NCBI GenBank assembly: GCA_965214205.1
Contig: OZ243941.1
Location: 1,132,515 to 1,196,514 of the forward strand
Direction of reading: 5' to 3'
DNA: 64,000 nt
Origin: Candidatus Poriferihabitaceae bacterium
GTDB lineage: Bacteria > Pseudomonadota > Gammaproteobacteria > Arenicellales > Poriferihabitantaceae
Shown here: positions 46,683 through 55,824 of the stretch, one piece after another
How the letters are laid out: each line of letters begins with the position of its first letter
Numbering within the stretch: the first letter of the stretch is position 1
Notes under the pieces: generated by a model
Seen by the model: the letters and a program-made list of their open reading frames with translations, nothing else
Told to the model about the DNA's origin: nothing
The model's database searches: none
Program-made: the position numbers and the translations under genes

Positions 46683-48344
46683 ATGAGAAAACAGACTGCC
46701 AGCAGCGCTTACAAGTATCCTTTGCTGATCCGGCATCTGCTGGATGCCGCTCTGGTGGTTTCGCCGGACCAGGAAATTGTCAGCGGCGACCTGCGCAGAT
46801 ACAGCTACCGTACCTTTTGTCGGCGCATTGCGCGGCTGGCTGATGGGCTCGCCTCTCTGGGCATCGGGCATGGCGATACGGTCGCAGTCATGGACTGGGA
46901 CTGCCATCGGTATCTGGAATGCTTTTTCGGGATTCCGATGATGGGCGCTACGCTCCATACCATCAACATCCGGCTTTCGCCTGAGCAGATCCTGTATACC
47001 ATCAACGATGCCGGGGATGACGCCATTCTGGTTCATCCGGATTTTGTCCCGATCATCGACCAGATTCATGATCGAATCGAACGTCCTGTCCGATTGATTC
47101 TTTTAACGGATGAATCCATGCCTTGCGGGCCGCTGCCCGCCCGTTTTGACGGCGAATACGAAACGCTGCTGGCCAGCGCCGATCCGGATTTCGGGTTCGG
47201 GGATTTTGACGAGGATACGGTCGCCACCACTTTCTATACAACCGGAACCACCGGCGAGCCCAAAGGGGTGTTCTACAGCCACCGTCAACTGGTTCTGCAT
47301 ACCATGGGCATCGTGCTTGGACTCTCGCCGCTCGATGACCCGGTCCGGCTGGGCAAGGGTGACGTCTATATGCCGATGACTCCGATGTTTCATGTGCACG
47401 GTTGGGGTTTGCCGTATGCGGCTACGATGCTCGGACTCAAACAGGTTTATCCCGGTCGATATGAACCGGCCAGGCTGATTCGTTATCTGATCCGGGAACG
47501 CGTCACCTTTTCCCATTGTGTCCCGACCATCATGCACATGCTGCTGGGCGCCCCGGAAGCTCAGGACGCGGATTTTTCAGGTCTGAAAGTCATTATCGGC
47601 GGCTCGGCGCTGCCCCAGGGGTTGTCACAACTGGCTATCGAAAAGGGGATACAGGTTTTCGCCGCTTACGGCATGTCGGAAACCTGTCCCTTCGTGACGG
47701 TGGCCGATACCCGGAATATGGATTACGCCAGTCTCGAACCTGGGGACCTGGCGATTCGCGGCAAGACCGGGAAGCCCGTGCCTCTGGTGGATTTGCGGGT
47801 GGTCGATGAAGATATGAATGACCTGCCGACAGACGGCAAGTCGGTCGGAGAGGTGATCATTCGCTCGCCCTGGCTGACTCAGGGTTACACCGGAGACCCG
47901 GAAGGGTCCAACCGGCTCTGGCGGAGTGGCTATCTTCATACCGGAGACGTCGGCTATATCGACGATACCGGCTCCCTGCTGATTACCGACCGGATGAAGG
48001 ACATGATCAAATCCGGCGGAGAATGGATTTCCTCGCTTCAGCTTGAAGACATCGCGTCCCGATGCGACGGGGTGGCTGAGGCGGCGGCAATCGGCATACC
48101 CGATCCACAGTGGGGGGAACGCCCTCTGCTGATCGTTACGCGGTCCCCGGAAGTTGCCCGTCCGGTCAGCGCCGAGGATATCAGGAACGCGATTCGCGCC
48201 TGCGTCGCAAGCGGCAAACTGCCCCGCTGGGCCGTGCCCGAGCGAATCGAATTTGTGGATGCCATTTGCAAAACCAGTGTTGGCAAGCTGGACAAAAAGA
48301 CCCTGCGGGCACATTATTCCAGTCCGTCCGGGAACAACCCGTAA
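46683..48344 (+). CDS. Medium/long-chain acyl-CoA ligase (AlkK/DmdB-like AMP-forming)
   Basis: 553 aa with YTTGTTGEPKGV, YGMSET, GYLHTGDVGYIDDTGSLLITDRMKDMI and a C-terminal SVGKLDK. Confidence 0.85.
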   Translation: MRKQTASSAYKYPLLIRHLLDAALVVSPDQEIVSGDLRRYSYRTFCRRIARLADGLASLGIGHGDTVAVMDWDCHRYLECFFGIPMMGATLHTINIRLSPEQILYTINDAGDDAILVHPDFVPIIDQIHDRIERPVRLILLTDESMPCGPLPARFDGEYETLLASADPDFGFGDFDEDTVATTFYTTGTTGEPKGVFYSHRQLVLHTMGIVLGLSPLDDPVRLGKGDVYMPMTPMFHVHGWGLPYAATMLGLKQVYPGRYEPARLIRYLIRERVTFSHCVPTIMHMLLGAPEAQDADFSGLKVIIGGSALPQGLSQLAIEKGIQVFAAYGMSETCPFVTVADTRNMDYASLEPGDLAIRGKTGKPVPLVDLRVVDEDMNDLPTDGKSVGEVIIRSPWLTQGYTGDPEGSNRLWRSGYLHTGDVGYIDDTGSLLITDRMKDMIKSGGEWISSLQLEDIASRCDGVAEAAAIGIPDPQWGERPLLIVTRSPEVARPVSAEDIRNAIRACVASGKLPRWAVPERIEFVDAICKTSVGKLDKKTLRAHYSSPSGNNP

Positions 48345-48372
48345 CCGGAGCTATAATCGCATCCATACTGAC

Positions 48373-49299
48373 ATGCCCAATCATAAATTGACCGGGGTGA
48401 TTACCCCGATACTGACCCCTTTCAACGATGATCTCAGCTTCAATCCCGAATTGTATGTGCGGCACGCCCACTGGCTGTTGCGGCAGGGTATCCATTTCAT
48501 CTCCCCGTTCGGCACGACAGGCGAAGCGCTCAGCCTGTCGGCGGACGAGAGAATCCGGGCGCTGGATGCCTTGATTGATGGCGGTATCGACCCGGCCAGA
48601 CTGATGCCGGGGGCGGGGCTGTGCAATCTCCACGATACCAAAAAACTCTGTCTGCACGCGGTCAACCGGGGTTGCGCCGCCGTGATGACCCTGCCGCCGT
48701 TCTTTTTCAAGAACGCCAGCGATGAAGGACTGTATGTCTATTTTTCCCGGTTGATCGAGGCGGTCAATCATCCCGGTCTCAGGATCTGTCTGTATCATAT
48801 TCCACCGATGGCGGGCATTGGTTTCACCCCTTCCCTGGCCGCCCGGCTGGCAACCGGATTCCCGGAAACCGTGGTGGCCTACAAGGACAGTTCGGGTGAT
48901 TTCGAAAATACCCGGGCCGTGATTGCGGCGGCGCCCGGCATCGCCGTGTTCCCCGGTTCGGAAACTTTTCTGCGGCCCGGCCTGGAAAATGGCGCAGCCG
49001 GTTGTATCTCCGCCACCTGCAATGTCAACCCCGCTGGAATCCGCAGGGTATTCGACCTGGTTACCGGCGCGGTGGACGATGATCCGGACCCGGCAGAGGT
49101 TGAAATGAAGGATATCAGGAAGTTGATTGAAGGCTATGCGCCTATTCCGGCCATGAAGGGATTGCTGGCGGCGCGGCGAGCCGATGAACGATGGAGAAAT
49201 GTGAGGCCGCCGCTGCTGCCGTCCTCATCCGGTAAAACCACGGACCTGATAGCCGATCTGGCAGACAGGTTGCCTGACCTTGAGGAGAATACACAATGA
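48373..49299 (+). CDS. Dihydrodipicolinate synthase/N-acetylneuraminate lyase family class I aldolase
   Basis: Start set at MPNHKLTG (ATG 48373); the ORF-track 5' extension overlaps the ligase gene. Carries GVITPILTPF, GTTGE and the Schiff-base lysine context VAYKDSSGD. Confidence 0.8.
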   Translation: MPNHKLTGVITPILTPFNDDLSFNPELYVRHAHWLLRQGIHFISPFGTTGEALSLSADERIRALDALIDGGIDPARLMPGAGLCNLHDTKKLCLHAVNRGCAAVMTLPPFFFKNASDEGLYVYFSRLIEAVNHPGLRICLYHIPPMAGIGFTPSLAARLATGFPETVVAYKDSSGDFENTRAVIAAAPGIAVFPGSETFLRPGLENGAAGCISATCNVNPAGIRRVFDLVTGAVDDDPDPAEVEMKDIRKLIEGYAPIPAMKGLLAARRADERWRNVRPPLLPSSSGKTTDLIADLADRLPDLEENTQ

Positions 49300-50177
49300 A
49301 CCATCCAGTCATACTGACTTGTGCCGTAACCGGAGGGCATAACAATCAGGACAAGCATCCGGATTATCCGATTACGCCGGAACAGATCGCCAATAATTGC
49401 ATTGCGGCTGGCCGGGCCGGCGCCGCTATTGCCCACATTCATGTGCGCGACCCCGAAACCGGCGCGCGGTCTGGTGACCCGGCGTTGTTCCGGGAGGTTT
49501 TCGACCGGATAAAGGACGCGGAGAGCGATATCCTGATCAATCTAACCACTAGTGAAGGCGCCCGGTTTACCCCTGGCTGCGAGGACGCGAAAGTCGGCGG
49601 ACCAGGGACCACACTGGTTCAGCCTCTCGACCGGCTGTGCCATATTGAAGAATTGCGGCCGGACATCTGTACCCTGGATGTCGGTACGTTCAATTTTGGT
49701 GAGGTGGTATTCATGAATACGCCGGAGCATCTGCGAATCATGGCCGCGCGCATCCGGGAACTGGGGGTCAAGCCGGAACTGGAAGTATTCGAGCCCGGTC
49801 ATATCATGTTTGCCCGGCAACTGATTCGTGACGGGCTGATTGAGAGTCCCGCGATGTTCCAGATCTGCCTGGGCATCCCCCACGCGGCGCCGGCGACACC
49901 GGAAATCCTGACGGTGATGAAAAACCTGCTGCCTGAAAACGCGAACTGGAGCGCTTTTGGAATTTCCCGGTCGGAATTCGACATCGTAGCCCAGGCGGCG
50001 TCCCGCAACGGCAATTGCAGGGTGGGGCTGGAGGACAACCTTTACTTGAGCAAGGGCCGGTTCGCGACCAACGTCGAACTGGTTGAGCGGGCAGTCCGGA
50101 TTATCCGTGAAACCGGCCGGGAACCGGCAACCCCGGCCCAGGCCGCCGACCGGTTGGGGATTGTCCGCCAGACCTGA
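49296..50177 (+). CDS. Beta-keto acid cleavage enzyme (BKACE/DUF849, 3-keto-5-aminohexanoate cleavage enzyme family)
   Basis: 293 aa with ILTCAVTGG...PITPEQIA...AGAAIAHIHVRDPETG. Has an ATGA overlap with the preceding gene. Confidence 0.85.
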   Translation: MNHPVILTCAVTGGHNNQDKHPDYPITPEQIANNCIAAGRAGAAIAHIHVRDPETGARSGDPALFREVFDRIKDAESDILINLTTSEGARFTPGCEDAKVGGPGTTLVQPLDRLCHIEELRPDICTLDVGTFNFGEVVFMNTPEHLRIMAARIRELGVKPELEVFEPGHIMFARQLIRDGLIESPAMFQICLGIPHAAPATPEILTVMKNLLPENANWSAFGISRSEFDIVAQAASRNGNCRVGLEDNLYLSKGRFATNVELVERAVRIIRETGREPATPAQAADRLGIVRQT

Positions 50178-50227
50178 GGGCTGACGGCTGATCGCCAAAA
50201 CAATCCCATGGCGTGGCAAGGGGTGAG

Positions 50228-51814
50228 TTATTCCCCATAAGGGCTGATCGTTCGCCAGTTGAACATCGGTTGAGCCGTTTTTATCAATCGGTTCTGTCTG
50301 TAAAACTTTGTTTTCAGCTCTTCAGGCGAGTTTTCGACACCGCCGAATGCCGGAAATATCTTGCATTCGGAGGCCGCGCTTTTTTCGCCACCGATGAAAC
50401 GGCCATTATACCGTTCGCAGATGGCCTGGACATTGCGGAAGTACAGGTTGCGCTGGTCAGTCAGGAATTCAACGGCCTGGTCGAATTCCGGTTTCTGGTC
50501 GCAGGACAGGGTGATTCGATTGTGCGGGTCGATTCCGACCGGATTCAGATGTCCGTAGATGATGATTTCGCCGCGCAGGCTTTCAGTCGAGCGGAAATAA
50601 TCCTCGATTGCCTGGACGTATTCCAGATTCCATTGCCAGAAATGGGTCATGGATACCCGCACCTGATTCGGATCAAGCGCGAAATTGGCGTCGGTATGGT
50701 TTTTATAAATATATGGACTGTCGGGTAATTGGGTGCGCGCGGCAAACGGGATGGCTTCCCTTAATATACGCATCTGTTCCGGATCCCTGAACATCTCGGC
50801 GTGATGCAATTGAATGCCGGCGATGGTGGGGGTTTCCGCCTCCGGGTTGTCAACCAGGTCGAACAGGAAATCCTCGCCGCTGCGGTGACTGTAGCCGTTC
50901 ACGAAAATCAGGCCGTCAGCGCCCGCCTGCCGGCATTTGTCAGCCAGTCTCTGCCCGCGTCTGGTGATGTCGTTGTTTATTCCCTGACTCAGGAGCGGCT
51001 GCATGGATGAAACGGTGACATGCTCCAGGCCAAGGATGATATTCTTGTCCCCGGACGCGGCCGATACGGTTTCGTGACTGAGGTCCAGGTAGCAAAAAGG
51101 CGACAGATGGGACAACAACCCCGCAATGCTCTCCGGGTCGTTGCTGACCGGCAGGGCAAAGGCGATTTCATTTTCCGGCAGACGGTGAAACCGGCAGCGG
51201 ACGGCGGATACCAGCCCGGTCCATCCCAGCGTGCCGGCATAGCCCTTGAGTTCGGAACCGCCAACAGGCTTGCTGGTCCACCCGTCCAGGAGCGCAATTT
51301 CGAGGACGCTGTCACTGAAGTAGCGGCGCTGGGGGCCCATGCCTCCGGTCATAAAGGTTGCGCCAACCTGGGCATAGCTGTAACTGGTCAAATCCGCGCC
51401 AAGCGCCCGATACGAGCTTCCCGCCTTCTGCATCAGAGTCTGGTTCAGTTGATCCAGCGTAATCGCGGCTCCGGCCATGACCTCCATGGATTCCATGTCG
51501 ATAAAGACCTGGTCAAGGCCGACCTCGGTGATTTCAGGCCGCCCGAATAGCGCTTCCGGGTTTACCGCAGGTTCAATCCGCAAGCCGATTACCGGCTTTT
51601 CAGGATCGGGTCTTACCCTGAACAGGCCCTCTCCAGAAGAGCCGCCTGAAATGGGCAGCAGGCAGATTTCCCCGCCATGAATGCGCCTGAGCTCGGACAG
51701 CGCTTCCAGCAGGTCCCTGGCGCAGGCGCAGCCGCGAACCGTGTATGCGGTATCAAAGAGTATGGATGCGTTTTCTCCATCCACCATCCCGGTCCTGATC
51801 GGCTGCAGTTTCAT
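50228..51814 (-). CDS. Divergent FAD-linked oxidase (PCMH-type FAD_binding_4 + FAD-oxidase C-terminal domain, GlcD/D-lactate DH-like)
   Basis: 528 aa. Motif-level matches only: SYAQVGATFMTGGMGPQRRYFSDSVLEIALLDG, GHLNPVGIDPHNRI (compare GH.GDGN.H) and GGEKSAASE near the C-terminus. Confidence 0.55.
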   Translation of the reverse strand: MKLQPIRTGMVDGENASILFDTAYTVRGCACARDLLEALSELRRIHGGEICLLPISGGSSGEGLFRVRPDPEKPVIGLRIEPAVNPEALFGRPEITEVGLDQVFIDMESMEVMAGAAITLDQLNQTLMQKAGSSYRALGADLTSYSYAQVGATFMTGGMGPQRRYFSDSVLEIALLDGWTSKPVGGSELKGYAGTLGWTGLVSAVRCRFHRLPENEIAFALPVSNDPESIAGLLSHLSPFCYLDLSHETVSAASGDKNIILGLEHVTVSSMQPLLSQGINNDITRRGQRLADKCRQAGADGLIFVNGYSHRSGEDFLFDLVDNPEAETPTIAGIQLHHAEMFRDPEQMRILREAIPFAARTQLPDSPYIYKNHTDANFALDPNQVRVSMTHFWQWNLEYVQAIEDYFRSTESLRGEIIIYGHLNPVGIDPHNRITLSCDQKPEFDQAVEFLTDQRNLYFRNVQAICERYNGRFIGGEKSAASECKIFPAFGGVENSPEELKTKFYRQNRLIKTAQPMFNWRTISPYGE

Positions 51815-51880
51815 GAATCTCCAGGGTAAATGCTGTATTATCAGCCGTTGACTGATTCATCGCAACATTCAGCTATCGTC

Positions 51881-52393
51881 ATGCCCCGGATTATCGTCAA
51901 GTATGTCAAATGGGTCGATTTCGTCTCGACCCGCTTCGGGCGGTTGGCGATGTATGGCATTTTCCTGATGATCGCGACCTTGCTGCTTGGCGCGATAACC
52001 CGAAACATTCTGAATATACCGCTTTCATGGACTGTGGAAATGGCCCAATTCACCATGACGGCCTACTATATTCTCGGCGGCGCCTATTCCATGCAGTTAA
52101 ACAGTCATGTCCGGATGGACCTGCTCTATGATCGGTGTTCGGACAGAACCAAGGCAAAAATAGATACCTGGACGAACTTTTTCCTGGTCTTCTATCTGGT
52201 TTGCCTGCTGGTCGGGTCTATCTCCAGCACGATGTACGCGATTGAATACGATCAGCGAAAATTTTCCCAATGGAATCCTTCCATGATTCCGATCAAGATC
52301 ATCATGGTGTTCGGCATTATCCTGATGCTGCTGCAAACGGCTTCCACCCTGTTCAAGGATATCGCCAAATCCCGCGGAATCGAGATTTCATGA
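51881..52393 (+). CDS. dctQ: TRAP transporter small permease DctQ
   Basis: Start set at MPRIIVKY (ATG 51881). Has four TM segments and the signature NSHVRMDLLYDRCSDRTKA. Confidence 0.75.
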   Translation: MPRIIVKYVKWVDFVSTRFGRLAMYGIFLMIATLLLGAITRNILNIPLSWTVEMAQFTMTAYYILGGAYSMQLNSHVRMDLLYDRCSDRTKAKIDTWTNFFLVFYLVCLLVGSISSTMYAIEYDQRKFSQWNPSMIPIKIIMVFGIILMLLQTASTLFKDIAKSRGIEIS

Positions 52394-53715
52394 GTCACGA
52401 AACAATCGCTATTTTCATGTTCGCATCCATGTTGCTGATGCTGTTGACTGGCCAGCGTGTTTTTGCGGCGATCGGATTCGTCTCGGCGGCGGTCGCCCTG
52501 ATGCTGTATGGCAACGGCGCTATCGAGATGCCGTTCAATGCCGCCTTCAAGTTGTTCAACTGGTATCCGTTGCTGACCCTGCCGTTGTTCGTCTATATGG
52601 GCTATATCCTGTCAGAATCCGGCATAGCGGATGATCTGTACAAGATGTTCCACGTCTGGTGCGGAGGCCTGAAAGGGGGGCTTGCGGTTGGCACCATCGC
52701 TCTGATGATCGTGATTTCAGCGATGAATGGCCTGAGTGTCGCCGGAATGGCGATTGGCGCCACCATCGCCTTGCCGGAAATGCTGCGCCGCGGGTATGAC
52801 AAGATCATGATCACCGGGGTTGTGCAGGCCGGCAGTTCACTCGGAATCCTGGTTCCCCCCAGCGTGGTGCTGGTGCTGTACGGCATGATCGCGCGTCAGC
52901 CGGTCGGCAAGCTGTGGCTTGCCGGGGTTTTCCCTGGACTGATGATGGCTGCGATGTTTGTGATCTATATTGTCGTCCGCTGTCGGCTGCAGCCGCATCT
53001 CGGCCCCGCTCTTGACAAGCAGGGACGGGATTTGCCCCTGCCGGAAAAGCTGAGGTTACTGAAGGCCGGCATCATTCCGTTCCTGATCTTCTTTTTCATG
53101 ACCGGATTATTCGTCATGGGAATTACCAGTCTGGTGGAAAGCTCGGCGGTCGGCGCCACTGCGGCCACCCTCGCAGCGTTGCTTAAGCGGCGGTTGAACC
53201 GATCCGTGCTGGAAGAAACCGTCCGGAAAACCCTGGGCGTCTCCTGCATGTTCATGTGGATTATTCTGGCGGCGCTGTGTTTCGGCGCTGTATTTGACGG
53301 CATTGGCGCGGTTCGGGCGATTGAGTCGTTGTTCATCACCAAATGGAATCTTTCTCCCTGGGAAGTGCTGATCATGATGCAGTTGTCCTACCTCCTGATG
53401 GGGATGTTTCTGGACGACACGGCGATGCTGGTGATTGTCGCCCCGCTTTATGTGCCTCTGATCATCACCCTCGGTTTCGACCCCATCTGGTATGGCGTGC
53501 TCTATACCATTACCTGCCAGATCGCCTATATGACGCCGCCATTCGGTTATAATCTTTTCCTGATGCGGGCCATGGCGCCCAAGGAGATAACGCTTTCCGA
53601 CATCTACCGGTCGATCACTCCGTTTGTACTGGTAATGACTCTTGCGTTAATATTGGTCATCCTGTTTCCACAAATAGCCCTGTGGTTACCGGAGCAGGTC
53701 TATTTGAGAGGCTAG
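52390..53715 (+). CDS. dctM: TRAP transporter large permease DctM
   Basis: Start set at MSHETIAIF (ATG 52390, ATGA overlap with dctQ). 441 aa with LPLFVYMGYIL and TPPFGYNLFLMR motifs. Confidence 0.9.
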   Translation: MSHETIAIFMFASMLLMLLTGQRVFAAIGFVSAAVALMLYGNGAIEMPFNAAFKLFNWYPLLTLPLFVYMGYILSESGIADDLYKMFHVWCGGLKGGLAVGTIALMIVISAMNGLSVAGMAIGATIALPEMLRRGYDKIMITGVVQAGSSLGILVPPSVVLVLYGMIARQPVGKLWLAGVFPGLMMAAMFVIYIVVRCRLQPHLGPALDKQGRDLPLPEKLRLLKAGIIPFLIFFFMTGLFVMGITSLVESSAVGATAATLAALLKRRLNRSVLEETVRKTLGVSCMFMWIILAALCFGAVFDGIGAVRAIESLFITKWNLSPWEVLIMMQLSYLLMGMFLDDTAMLVIVAPLYVPLIITLGFDPIWYGVLYTITCQIAYMTPPFGYNLFLMRAMAPKEITLSDIYRSITPFVLVMTLALILVILFPQIALWLPEQVYLRG

Positions 53716-53729
53716 TTGAGGCAAACAAA

Positions 53730-54923
53730 ATGAAAGATACTGAAATCGAAGAGTCGCCGACAGAACCGACCCGGCGCTCGTTCATGAAAACCGCGGGAGT
53801 GGCGACCGCGACCGCGGGCGCATTGGCGGTGGGTGTGACGGCCTGCACACAGGAGGATTCAGGATCGCCGGAAACAGAGAAGGCTCTGGGCGAAGCGCAA
53901 GAGAAAATATCCGAGCTGGAGAAAATGCTGGCGGAGAAGGAAGCGCCGGAGGCCTATAGCCCGACTGACCCGATCAAATGGCGGTTGCAGACTTATTCCG
54001 GCGCTCCTCTCGGCGCCCATGTCATCAAACCCCAGATAGAGGCGTTCAACATCGCCGCCCACGGGCAGATGGAAATCGAGTTGTATTACGCCGACCAACT
54101 GGTCGCCACCGACGAGTTATTCCGGGCCATGCAAAACGGCACAATAGACGCGGTGCAAAGCGATGACGCGACCATGGCCTCGCCGGTGGATATCAGCGTG
54201 TTTGGCGGGTACTTCCCGTTTTCGACACGGTACAGCCTGGATATGCCGGTACTGTTCAAATATTACGGCCTGAATGAAATCTGGGCTGAAGCTTATGGTG
54301 AAATCGAAGGCGTCGAGTGGATCAGCGCAGGGGCCTGGGACCCTTGTCACATCTTTACCAAAGAACCGATCCGAAGCGTCGCTGACATGAAAGGCAAGCG
54401 TGTATTCGGGGTGCCTACCGCTGGCAAATTCCTGTCGCGCTACGGGCTGGTGCCGGTCACCCTCCCGTGGGATGATATTGAGGTCGCGATCCAGACAGGC
54501 GAACTGGACGGCGTAGCCTGGTGCGGATTTACTGAAGCGTACGAAGTCGGTTGGGCGGACGTGTGCAACTATGCGCTGCTGAACAATATTACCGGGGCGT
54601 GGTGCGGTTCTTATTTCGCCAATACCGATAGCTGGAACAAGGTGCCCGCCCACCTCCAGGAACTGTTCAAATTGTCCATCGACAGCTCCCACTATTACCG
54701 ACAGGTCTGGTACTGGGGCGGTGAAGCCGATCTCCGGGTCAACGGCGACAAGATGGAGTTGACCACGATTCCGGCGGAAGAATGGGATCAGGTGGTCAAG
54801 GACTCCGAAGAGTTCTGGGATGAACTGGCATCCATCAGCCCGCGGACGGCCAAGGTGGTTCAGGCGTACAAGGATTATTCTGCCGTAATGCAAAAAGCGG
54901 GTGTCCCTTATCGCTACAGTTGA
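53730..54923 (+). CDS. dctP: TRAP transporter substrate-binding protein with Tat signal and possible lipobox
   Basis: Start set at MKDTEIEE (ATG 53730). Tat motif TRRSFMK. The h-region ends in VTAC. A ~45-aa charged linker precedes a DctP-like body. Confidence 0.75.
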   Translation: MKDTEIEESPTEPTRRSFMKTAGVATATAGALAVGVTACTQEDSGSPETEKALGEAQEKISELEKMLAEKEAPEAYSPTDPIKWRLQTYSGAPLGAHVIKPQIEAFNIAAHGQMEIELYYADQLVATDELFRAMQNGTIDAVQSDDATMASPVDISVFGGYFPFSTRYSLDMPVLFKYYGLNEIWAEAYGEIEGVEWISAGAWDPCHIFTKEPIRSVADMKGKRVFGVPTAGKFLSRYGLVPVTLPWDDIEVAIQTGELDGVAWCGFTEAYEVGWADVCNYALLNNITGAWCGSYFANTDSWNKVPAHLQELFKLSIDSSHYYRQVWYWGGEADLRVNGDKMELTTIPAEEWDQVVKDSEEFWDELASISPRTAKVVQAYKDYSAVMQKAGVPYRYS

Positions 54924-54957
54924 TTTTTAACCATCCGTTTCAACAGGCCGGAACCGG

Positions 54958-54993
54958 AAAATACCCTGGCATTTGGCGCCAGGGTATTTTTTT
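54958..54993 (+). terminator. Rho-independent terminator after the TRAP-2 operon
   Basis: Perfect 10-bp stem ATACCCTGGC/GCCAGGGTAT (54961-54970 / 54978-54987), extendable by AAA/TTT, with a 7-nt loop followed by a T-run. Lies 35 nt after the stop at 54923. Confidence 0.8.
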
Positions 54994-55008
54994 GACGCCT
55001 CACCGGAC

Positions 55009-55755
55009 ATGACGAAATTATGGGATCAGTTTTGCTCGGATATCGCTCCTTTCACTGCCCATGTCCCTGCCGAGGAGTTTGATTACACGGTCAATATTTC
55101 TCTCAGGCACCGCTATGTCTATGCGGAAAACGCGAAGGTCGCCTGTTCCACCATCAAGCTGATTCTGCAACGGATGGAACTGGACGATCCGCATTACCGC
55201 CCCGAAGACCTGGTTGATCTGCATACCCGGATATTCTCACCGTTGATCCGGCCCGCCCAGGTCAAATCCTTCAGCCGCTATATCCAACGGCCGGATGTGA
55301 TCAAATTCTGTTTTGTCCGGAATCCGTATACCCGGTTATTGTCCGCTTATCTCGATAAAATCGAAAACAATATGCCGGCAAAAAAGGGGATACTCAGGCA
55401 ACTTGGTTTCGACCCGGAGGACCTGGGCCGTCCGGTGTCCTTCGGGGAATTTGTCCGTGCGGTGGCCGGACAATCCATTTCTGAAATGGATCAGCATTGG
55501 CGAGTGCAGTATTACCAGACCTTTCAGGATCAGATCCATTATGATTTTATCGGGCGTTTCGAGTCGCTGGAAGAAGACCTTGAATCCGCGCTGGGCATGA
55601 TCAACCCGGAATTCCAGAGATTCTGGGGCCGGGAAGACCGCCATGCGACAAATTCGGAACAGCAACTGAATGCCTGCTATACTGACCAGCTTGAGGATCT
55701 GGTTTACCGGATATACCGGAAGGATTTCCAGCAATTCAGGTATCAACGGCTGTGA
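55009..55755 (+). CDS. Sulfotransferase family 2 (carbohydrate sulfotransferase-like) protein
   Basis: Start set at MTKLWDQ (ATG 55009) because the ORF-track start lies inside the terminator. Motifs ENAKVACSTIK (PAPS 5'-phosphosulfate-binding-like), FVRNPYTRLLSAY and DFIGRFESLEEDL. Confidence 0.75.
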   Translation: MTKLWDQFCSDIAPFTAHVPAEEFDYTVNISLRHRYVYAENAKVACSTIKLILQRMELDDPHYRPEDLVDLHTRIFSPLIRPAQVKSFSRYIQRPDVIKFCFVRNPYTRLLSAYLDKIENNMPAKKGILRQLGFDPEDLGRPVSFGEFVRAVAGQSISEMDQHWRVQYYQTFQDQIHYDFIGRFESLEEDLESALGMINPEFQRFWGREDRHATNSEQQLNACYTDQLEDLVYRIYRKDFQQFRYQRL

Positions 55756-55824
55756 TTCAATGGAACTTTTTCGAGGTTTGATTGACTGATACCTGCACGT
55801 CTGAATAATGAGTACGAGGAAATT

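Noticed and set aside
48154-48372. 5' extensions of ORF-track models overlapping the preceding gene (also 52270-52389, 53682-53729, 61928-62146, 62995-63051, 54973-55008, 27249-27275, 19740-19754)
   Set aside because: In each case the homology-bearing part starts at an internal ATG that abuts or minimally overlaps the upstream stop, often with an SD. The extension is low-complexity sequence read through the neighbouring gene or a terminator.
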